Below are positions 57,411 through 64,000 of a stretch of 64,000 nucleotides of DNA, piece after piece (position 1 is the first letter of the stretch; every line of letters begins with the position of its first letter). The DNA lies in assembly GCA_919902675.1 (NCBI GenBank), contig CAKKRH010000014.1:21393-85392 (forward strand), given 5' to 3'. The translations under genes were made by a program, and so were the position numbers. Below the pieces are notes generated by a model. The model had not been told where the DNA came from. It worked only from the letters and a program-made list of their open reading frames with translations, and searched no databases. This DNA comes from Omnitrophica bacterium GWA2_41_15 (lineage in GTDB: Bacteria > Omnitrophota > Gorgyraeia > Gygaellales > UBA12090).

Positions 57411-58580
57411 TTACAACCTGGCTGCTTGTTTCTTCAAATCCGCGGCCTTATCGGCCTGCTCCCAACTGAATTCGGCTTCAGTCCGGCCAAAATGCCCGTA
57501 ACAGGCAGTCTTCCTATATATCGGACGCAGAAGATCCAGGCTCTGGATCATCCCTTTGGGGGTAAGGTCAAAATTGCTATTAATCAATTTGATTATAGCG
57601 TCATCGGAAATCTTTCCGGTGCCGGAGGTATCCACATAAATAGACAAAGGCTCGGCCTTGCCGATCACATAGGCCAGATGAATCAGGCACTTATCGGCGA
57701 TACCGGCAGCCACGATATTCTTAGCCACATACCTGGCCATATACGCGGCAGAACGGTCCACCTTGGTTGGGTCCTTGCCGGAAAACGCCCCTCCGCCGGA
57801 AGCAACCATGCCGCCGTATGTATCCACCACAATCTTTCTTCCGGTCATCCCGGTGTCCGACTGCGGCCCGCCAACCACGAATTTTCCGGTCTGATTAATA
57901 TAATATTTAGTGTCTTTATCTATATATTGTTTAACTATCGGTTTTACTACAATATCAATGATTTCCTGTCTGGCCTTTTTGGTGATGTGCAGGCCTGAAG
58001 CATCCAGGATATCCTCGGTATGCTGGCAGGCGATAACCACTGAATCCACTCTTTTAGGATGATTGTCTACATACTCTACCGTAACCTGGCTCTTGCAGTC
58101 TGGACCTAAATATTTCAAGGTCTTGGCTCTTCTGACATCGGCAGTCTTCTTCACCAGCCGATGCGCGAGCATAATCGGTAAAGGCATCAGCTCCGGGGTT
58201 TCTTTACAGGCATAGCCGACCATAAGCCCCTGGTCTCCCGCCCCGCCGGAATCCACCCCTTGAGCGATATCCGGGGACTGAGTGTGTATGGTATTGATAA
58301 CCGCGCAGGTATGATAATCAAAGCCGTATTTGGGATGATCGTAGCCTATTTCCTTTAGTATGTCCCGGGTAAGGTTATGCACATCAACAAAACCGGTAGT
58401 GGTGATCTCGCCACCCACAATCAAAAGCCCCATAGTTACATAGGTTTCACAGGCCACCCTGCCGTAAGGATCTTGCTTTAGAACGCAATCCAGGACTCCG
58501 TCTGATATCTGATCGCAGACCTTATCCGGATGCCCCTCACCTACTGATTCCGAAGTAAATAAAAACTTGCGCTTTTCCAT
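57411..58580 (-). CDS. metK: S-adenosylmethionine synthetase
   Basis: 389 aa with [13 protein letters not shown] and [16 protein letters not shown]. Confidence 0.95.
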   Translation of the reverse strand: MEKRKFLFTSESVGEGHPDKVCDQISDGVLDCVLKQDPYGRVACETYVTMGLLIVGGEITTTGFVDVHNLTRDILKEIGYDHPKYGFDYHTCAVINTIHTQSPDIAQGVDSGGAGDQGLMVGYACKETPELMPLPIMLAHRLVKKTADVRRAKTLKYLGPDCKSQVTVEYVDNHPKRVDSVVIACQHTEDILDASGLHITKKARQEIIDIVVKPIVKQYIDKDTKYYINQTGKFVVGGPQSDTGMTGRKIVVDTYGGMVASGGGAFSGKDPTKVDRSAAYMARYVAKNIVAAGIADKCLIHLAYVIGKAEPLSIYVDTSGTGKISDDAIIKLINSNFDLTPKGMIQSLDLLRPIYRKTACYGHFGRTEAEFSWEQADKAADLKKQAARL

Positions 58581-58636
58581 CCACCTTCCTCCTTTTAGTT
58601 AGTTAACAGGTTGCCACAAAACCATTCTTTTAGATA

Positions 58637-58658
58637 GACGGGACAAATTTGTCCCGTC
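58637..58658 (-). terminator. perfect 22-nt palindrome downstream of the nucleotidyltransferase gene
   Basis: gacgggacaaatttgtcccgtc. It has no clear U-tract. Confidence 0.35.
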
Positions 58659-58692
58659 CTACGGCGGGGTTTTCCCTGCCTACCTTTTAGTT

Positions 58693-59448
58693 TTATGACA
58701 ATCTATTAGTTAAGGCAAACGCCTTATCCGCTTCCCGATACACCTTAAGATCCCCTATATCATACCACTGCTTCTTAAAAACAAATGAATACACCTCATC
58801 GTTGCGGCTTAACCAGCCGATAAAACTTCCTGAGGCATCACAGCCGCCCTGGCAACTCTCCCGATATTCGTCAAAATATTTTAATTTTTCTTTAGGTATA
58901 TAATATAAGCAGGTGGCCACCAATGAAGACAACGGGTAAAGAGGCTTTTCAGTAAAATTGACTATCTTATTTTTCTTATCTAATTTTACCACCCCGTATT
59001 TAACTGCCAGGGATTTTTTTTTGATATCGTATACCCCGATACTTGCCCGGGGCTTCTTCCCCAGGGAAAATTTTATAAAACCGTCCAGGTTTTCCTCAAA
59101 CAGATTGTCGCCGCCAAAGATAATCACATCTTCGTTAATTGCCTCCCGGTTAAGCGCGAAGCTGATATCTCCCACCGCCCCCAGGCGTTCGTTCTCATTC
59201 CTGGTTCTGTCATTTAGTATCTTTATCGAAGGTCCGGTTTTAAATTTTTCCGCCCACTTTAAGAAATTCGGATAGAATTTGGCATTAGTAATAACAATAA
59301 TTTCCTTTAAAGTCTTAACCCCGCTTAATTTTCCGGCAATATAATCAAGTATCGGCCTACCGCCTACGGGCAGAAGAGGCTTGGGATACTTTTTGGTCAG
59401 AGGATATAAACGGGTGCCGTAACCGGCGGCTAAAATCAAGGCTTTCAT
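58693..59448 (-). CDS. sugar-phosphate nucleotidyltransferase (NDP-sugar pyrophosphorylase)
   Basis: Start reassigned to the ATG at 59448 (MKALILAAGYGTRLYPLTKKYPKPLLPV). The ORF-track extension reads into repeat A. Confidence 0.75.
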   Translation of the reverse strand: MKALILAAGYGTRLYPLTKKYPKPLLPVGGRPILDYIAGKLSGVKTLKEIIVITNAKFYPNFLKWAEKFKTGPSIKILNDRTRNENERLGAVGDISFALNREAINEDVIIFGGDNLFEENLDGFIKFSLGKKPRASIGVYDIKKKSLAVKYGVVKLDKKNKIVNFTEKPLYPLSSLVATCLYYIPKEKLKYFDEYRESCQGGCDASGSFIGWLSRNDEVYSFVFKKQWYDIGDLKVYREADKAFALTNRLS

Positions 59449-59453
59449 TAAGA

Positions 59454-59560
59454 AATCGCGGAACAACGCGGAACTGGACGCGGAACAACGCAATATAAGT
59501 TATGCGTGGTTCCCTGCCTGCTGAGCAGGCGCGTTCCGCTCTGCGCGTAGTTCAGCGGAT
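59454..59560. repeat. Repeat family A, copy 5 (with an extra internal hairpin gcctgctgagcaggc)
   Basis: aatcgcggaacaacgcggaactggacgcggaacaacgc...tatgcgtggttcc...gcgttccgctctgcgcgtagttcagcggat. It abuts the stop codon of the upstream gene and ends 6 nt before the next ATG. Confidence 0.75.
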
Positions 59561-60340
59561 TTAGAGAAATTCAAACACATCCGAATAATCGTATTTATCC
59601 GGATTATTCAGAAAATCAAACTTCCGCGCTTGAACGCGCGCTAAAAAATACATTGGCTCACTGGAACTTAAACCGAACTTTTCTATTTTTTTAAAAGGAC
59701 GGGCCACTCTCATCTTGGGCACTTCCTGATAATAAGGGTTAGCCTCAAAACGTTCGCCTAAACTATCCTCAAAGACAAAATAGGCCGCGCCGCCTTCCAT
59801 TTTATAAAGTTCATATTCCGGAGAAAATTCAGATGAGACCCAGCGAGAAACAACCAAATGAGTTTTACCGGTATTTATCAGGGTATGTCCGTATTCCGGA
59901 GGGATAACAACCTTATCTCCCGGGGCAGCCTTAACCAGAATCACATCCTCTATAATCCGGCTATTTTTAACATCTTTCTTCTGCAATAAACACCAGGCCT
60001 CACCATATACTACTTCGTATAACTCGCCATGGCCGCCCCGGTGATTTTGTCCGGCGGTCTTCATCAACTCGTTACCCAATTTGCCGGGGCGGATAACAAT
60101 AATATCATACCTTAGTTTATTCCCGCGGATAATATCTTCATCCTTGATATCACGCAGGCCGCGATATATATAATACAATTGCTCCGGGGCGGTTATGCCT
60201 TTGCGGGGCGGAATTTCCTTTGGTTCTTTTAAATATCTGACTTCCGGCTTAATTTTATTTAAATTCTTCCCTAAAATCAGGGAATGTTTTTTAAGATCTA
60301 ATTTAAGTTCTAAGCCCGACGTTTTGCTCAAATCCTCCAT
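59561..60340 (-). CDS. cupin-type glucose-6-phosphate isomerase-like protein
   Basis: 259 aa. The segment LRYDIIVIRPGKLGNELMKTAGQNHRGGHGELYEVVYGEAWCLLQ...VVIPPEYGHTLINTG resembles archaeal cupin PGI as I remember it, with one motif His replaced by Gln. Confidence 0.5.
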   Translation of the reverse strand: MEDLSKTSGLELKLDLKKHSLILGKNLNKIKPEVRYLKEPKEIPPRKGITAPEQLYYIYRGLRDIKDEDIIRGNKLRYDIIVIRPGKLGNELMKTAGQNHRGGHGELYEVVYGEAWCLLQKKDVKNSRIIEDVILVKAAPGDKVVIPPEYGHTLINTGKTHLVVSRWVSSEFSPEYELYKMEGGAAYFVFEDSLGERFEANPYYQEVPKMRVARPFKKIEKFGLSSSEPMYFLARVQARKFDFLNNPDKYDYSDVFEFL

Positions 60341-60342
60341 GG

Positions 60343-62082
60343 CTAAGGCCGCGAAACGCTCAATTCCTTAAGTTTCCTTATGGCAAACCCTTCGACATCC
60401 TTGGTGGTAGAGAAAGACAGCGCCTCCTGGGAAATGCTCACGGCCTCGGGCATGCTCACCGAACGGATAATATGCTTTATTTCCGGTATCATCAGCGAAG
60501 GCATGCTGAATTCATCCAAGCCCATTCCCAAAAGTATCAGGGTAAAAATCGGATCTCCGGCCATCTCTCCACACATTCCCACGCTAAGATTGGACTTATG
60601 CCCTATATCTATGATATTTTTGATAAGCCGTAAGACACCCGGATGAGCCGGTTCATAAAGATAGGCCACCTTTTCATTGCTGCGGTCAACGGCAATCGAA
60701 TATTGAATAAGATCATTAGTCCCGATACTGAAAAAATCTACTTCTTTAGCCAGGATATCGGCGGTCATTGCAGCCGAAGGGACCTCAATCATCGCCCCAA
60801 CCTTAATAGATTCATCAAAAGGCCTGCCCTCCCTCAGCAGCTCATTCTTAGATTCCTCTAAAAGCGTATTTGCCTGCCTTAATTCCTCAATACCGGAAAT
60901 CATCGGATACATCAGCTTCAGGTTTCCGTGCACTGAGGCCCGGAGTATGGCCCTGAGCTGGCTCTTAAACATATCCGGCCTGGCCAAACAGAACCTTATT
61001 GCCCGCCAGCCTAAAAATGGGGACATCTCATGTGGGACCTCTAAATGAGACAAAAATTTATCCCCGCCGATATCTAAGGTGCGGATAATAACGGATTGAG
61101 GCTTAACCGCCTCAGCCACAAATTTGTAGGCCTGGTAATGCTCTTCCTCAGAGGGGATATCGGTCCGGTTCATATAGAAAAATTCCGTGCGGTAAAGCCC
61201 TATGCCTTCGGCACCATGTTCAATAATAGAAGGAATCTCATCCGGGAGCTCGATATTTGCCGCCACCCACACCCGCCTTTTATCGGTAGTAACCGCTGGT
61301 TCATCCTTTAATGAAACATAACGCTGGGTGGTATCTTTAAAGGCCCGGCTTTCTTTGCGATACTTTTCTAAGGTAACTTCATCCGGATTAACGATAATAA
61401 CGCCGGTTGTTCCATCAATGATCAGGATATCTCCCGTGGCAATCTTTAAGGTTGCCGTCTCCAGCCCCACTACAGCCGGAATCTCCATTGACTTAGCCAT
61501 AATCGCGGTATGCGAAGTTTTGCCTCCGATACTGGTGATAAAAGCCAGAATGTTCTTTTTATGCATAGCCGCGGTATCCGAGGGAGAAAGATCATTGGCA
61601 ACCAAAATCACTTTTTCCTTAAAATCATCCAGGCGTTTGACGCTTTTACCCAGAAGATTGCGCAGGACCCTGCGGCTTACGTCATTGATATCACTTACCC
61701 TCTCCTTAAGATACTCGTCCTCGATATTAAGGAACACCTGGATGTATTTTTTCAGGACATTTTGAAAAATATAGGCGGCGGTAAGCTTTTCCTTCTTAAG
61801 CTGTAAAATAACCTCCTCAATAAGCATCCTGTCTTCCAGGACCAAAAGATGCGCGTCAAATATTTCAGCCACATTCTGACCCATTCCTTCGGCAATTTTT
61901 TTCTGCAGGTCTAAAATCTCATGGCGGGTTTTAATCAAGGCCTCCTCAAAAAGCTGGATCTGGACGGCTATCTGACTTTCGGAAATCTCCTGGCGCGCGA
62001 CAACAAATTCTTCCTTGGTCCAGAGATAGGCCGGGCCGACGGCTATTCCTCCCGATGCTGGTATTCCTTTTAACTCAATCAT
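60343..62082 (-). CDS. ptsI: phosphoenolpyruvate-protein phosphotransferase (PTS Enzyme I)
   Basis: 579 aa with GGKTSHTAIMA (active-site His) and a PEP-utilising C-terminal barrel. Confidence 0.9.
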   Translation of the reverse strand: MIELKGIPASGGIAVGPAYLWTKEEFVVARQEISESQIAVQIQLFEEALIKTRHEILDLQKKIAEGMGQNVAEIFDAHLLVLEDRMLIEEVILQLKKEKLTAAYIFQNVLKKYIQVFLNIEDEYLKERVSDINDVSRRVLRNLLGKSVKRLDDFKEKVILVANDLSPSDTAAMHKKNILAFITSIGGKTSHTAIMAKSMEIPAVVGLETATLKIATGDILIIDGTTGVIIVNPDEVTLEKYRKESRAFKDTTQRYVSLKDEPAVTTDKRRVWVAANIELPDEIPSIIEHGAEGIGLYRTEFFYMNRTDIPSEEEHYQAYKFVAEAVKPQSVIIRTLDIGGDKFLSHLEVPHEMSPFLGWRAIRFCLARPDMFKSQLRAILRASVHGNLKLMYPMISGIEELRQANTLLEESKNELLREGRPFDESIKVGAMIEVPSAAMTADILAKEVDFFSIGTNDLIQYSIAVDRSNEKVAYLYEPAHPGVLRLIKNIIDIGHKSNLSVGMCGEMAGDPIFTLILLGMGLDEFSMPSLMIPEIKHIIRSVSMPEAVSISQEALSFSTTKDVEGFAIRKLKELSVSRP

Positions 62083-62085
62083 TTT

Positions 62086-62424
62086 TTATTTTCTTTTTAT
62101 AGTATGCCTTGAAACCGCCGCGCGCAAAAACGGAGAAGCGGATTTACGAAAAATATTATCCAGGTCATCGGCGGAGGCTATCTTTTCAAGTTCAACAACC
62201 GCCTCCTGGGCATCTTTACCGGTAGCACTAATTATTATTATGCTGTCCTTTTCCGCGGCCAGCATAAGTATACCCATAATGGATTTGCCGTTTACCTCCT
62301 GGTCATCTTTAATCACAGTGATATCAGAATCAAATTTATTGGCCGCCTGGACAAACAAAGCCGCCGGCCGGGCATGCAGGCCCATTCTATTCTTAACCAC
62401 AACCTTTTTCTCTATAGTAGTCAT
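62086..62424 (-). CDS. ptsH: HPr phosphocarrier protein with a ~24-aa C-terminal extension
   Basis: 112 aa with His15 (GLHARPA) and Ser46 (NGKSIMG) contexts. The extra tail is ADDLDNIFRKSASPFLRAAVSRHTIKRK. Confidence 0.85.
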   Translation of the reverse strand: MTTIEKKVVVKNRMGLHARPAALFVQAANKFDSDITVIKDDQEVNGKSIMGILMLAAEKDSIIIISATGKDAQEAVVELEKIASADDLDNIFRKSASPFLRAAVSRHTIKRK

Positions 62425-62472
62425 TTTAAACTATCCCGCTTGTCAGTTGAAGGCTGAAAGCTTATTTCATAA

Positions 62473-63720
62473 TTAGAAGTTTTCCTGAATCAAATCTATG
62501 ACAATCTTGGCCAGCTTTCCGGGATCGTGGCGCACATAATCCAATGAGTTTACTAAATCTCCTTCGATGACCCGATATCCGGCATGCCTTATCTTATCTA
62601 TATCAATTAAAACCGGAAAAGAATTATCCTGCTGGTATTTCTCCAGCAATTCCTGGGAAATCAATCTGGAATTAACCACGCAATAGTCAATTATCCTGGG
62701 TGAACTGTGTTCAATAATCGCCTTGATATGTTCATAAGCGGTATAGCCATCGGTTTCTCCCGGCTGAGTCATCACGTTGGATATATATATCTTTAGGGCG
62801 GAACTGGCCAATATAGCCTCCCGGATCTCCTTAATCAAAAGATTAGGAATAACGCTGGTGTAGAGGCTTCCCGGCCCCAGGATAATTGCCTGGGCCTCCG
62901 AAATGGCCTTGATGGCATCCGGCGTGCCCTGGATATCCGGAGGGTTTAGATATATATTGGTAATCTGGCGCTTCTTATTAGGAATAGAGGTTTCGCCCTC
63001 CTGAGTAGAGCCATCCTTATATTTTGCCACCAGGGATATTTTATTTAAGGTTGACGGTATAACCTGCCCGCGGATAGCCAGGACCTTACTTGACTCCTTA
63101 ACCGCCTTCTCAAAATCTCCGGTCAATTTAGTCATTACGGTTATAAAGAGATTCCCGAAGCTGTGTCCGGAGAGCTCGCTTGAAGAGTCGAACCTGAATT
63201 GAAAAAGCTCCTGCATCAGGGTAGGGGCATCAGCCAGGGCCACTAAACAGTTGCGGATATCGCCGGGAGGAAGTATGTCAAACTGCTGTCTAATCCTGCC
63301 GGAAGAGCCTCCGTCATCGGCAACCGTAACCACCGCGGCTATATTAGAGGTATACTCCTTTAAACCATGCAGTAAAACCGATAACCCGGTTCCACCTCCT
63401 ACGGTTACTATGCGCGGGCCTTTTTCTAAATAACGCTTGCGGTAAATCATATCCACCAGTTCCTTGTCGCCGCCGGGAACAAAGACATTAATAAAAGAAC
63501 TTAAGATATTACGCAGGCCAAGGACCCCCAGGAATACCCCTAAAATGGTTACCAGGATATACAACGCCCGGGAAAAAAAGCTTTCTTCAATAAAGAACCG
63601 CGCGCTGCTTAAAGCCACCAAGGCAACCGCGAAGGCAAGCAGACCCACCCAGCGCTTAACCCGCATTCCGGGATAGAACCATTTAATTATTCGCACAAAA
63701 ATATTAGAGTCTTTTTTCAT
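62473..63720 (-). CDS. yvcK: YvcK/CofD-family gluconeogenesis factor with an N-terminal membrane anchor
   Basis: IVTVGGGTGLSVLLHGLK and GPGSLYTSVIPNLL. The ATG at 63720 (MKKDSNIF...) is the more plausible start. Confidence 0.8.
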   Translation of the reverse strand: MKKDSNIFVRIIKWFYPGMRVKRWVGLLAFAVALVALSSARFFIEESFFSRALYILVTILGVFLGVLGLRNILSSFINVFVPGGDKELVDMIYRKRYLEKGPRIVTVGGGTGLSVLLHGLKEYTSNIAAVVTVADDGGSSGRIRQQFDILPPGDIRNCLVALADAPTLMQELFQFRFDSSSELSGHSFGNLFITVMTKLTGDFEKAVKESSKVLAIRGQVIPSTLNKISLVAKYKDGSTQEGETSIPNKKRQITNIYLNPPDIQGTPDAIKAISEAQAIILGPGSLYTSVIPNLLIKEIREAILASSALKIYISNVMTQPGETDGYTAYEHIKAIIEHSSPRIIDYCVVNSRLISQELLEKYQQDNSFPVLIDIDKIRHAGYRVIEGDLVNSLDYVRHDPGKLAKIVIDLIQENF

Positions 63721-63813
63721 TCCGCGTATTAATTGAATAACACAAAAAAACAAAGGGCTAAGGTTAAGACAATCTTAATCTTAGGCTCTTCAAACTACCG
63801 TTTGTTTTCAAAG

Positions 63814-64000
63814 CTATATTTTTTTATCGTCTTCCTGAAGGATAATTTTTAGTATGGACTTTTCGTCTTTACATTCTTTTAGTGAGTCGCGGAAGTATTT
63901 ATCTTTTAAGAGGCGGGAAATCCTGGCCAAGGCCTTCAGATGCGGACCGGCAGAATCAATAGGGGCGATGAGCAGGAAAAATATGTAAACTTTTTCTCCG
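63814..64000 (-). CDS. ptsN: PTS EIIA (PtsN/fructose-mannitol type), C-terminal fragment running off the window edge
   Basis: Absent from the ORF track. Reverse translation gives ...GEKVYIFFLLIAPIDSAGPHLKALARISRLLKDKYFRDSLKECKDEKSILKIILQEDDKKI*, which matches the EIIA-Ntr C-terminal pattern. Confidence 0.6.
   Translation of the reverse strand, partial: GEKVYIFFLLIAPIDSAGPHLKALARISRLLKDKYFRDSLKECKDEKSILKIILQEDDKKI

Noticed and set aside
58581-58692. A SAM riboswitch upstream of metK.
   Set aside because: The 112-nt leader contains a GGCAACC string, but I could not find the SAM-I four-way-junction core or SAM-II/V pseudoknot signatures. The main structure is a simple palindrome that probably belongs to the upstream gene. 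A covariance-model scan would be needed to rule it in.

Overview
Gene-dense chromosomal segment with about 60 protein genes, all but one on the minus strand. It comes from a diderm bacterium, probably an uncultivated PVC/Omnitrophota-like lineage; this is inferred from the LpxC-FabZ fusion, LpxI and a Minf_1886-like protein and cannot be proven here. Most content is housekeeping: bamA-skp-lpxD-lpxC/fabZ-lpxA-lpxI, dnaB, rpsF-ssb-rpsR-rplI, pth-rplY-prs-glmU, one tRNA-Gln, spoVG, ispE, split transketolase, hisG, four-subunit pyruvate:ferredoxin oxidoreductase plus ferredoxin, dinB, NAD salvage, a thiol-redox cluster, pyk, an ilv/leu operon, fba-pfkA, ahcY-metK and a PTS-Ntr-like module. I saw no rRNA, CRISPR array, transposase or recognisable defence system. 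Four things are not ordinary. (1) A 368-aa LAGLIDADG intein splits the ThDP-binding motif of porB. (2) Nearly every intergenic spacer longer than 80 nt is filled by structured repeats: a MITE with 5-bp target-site duplications, an ACGCGGAAC palindromic element that abuts stop codons, three further families, and many unique hairpins built from tandem short words. One ~120-bp element sits in frame inside the bamA signal-peptide region. (3) A small accessory islet carries a 776-aa secreted protein of unknown function with an out-of-frame heptanucleotide repeat. (4) Several proteins have odd architectures: SpoVG with a zinc-ribbon insert, S18 with a Gly/Arg repeat, pyruvate kinase without a C domain, extended HPr, and SSB without the canonical tail. 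All calls come from reading the sequence and ORF track without database searches. Repeat boundaries are approximate to a few nt.
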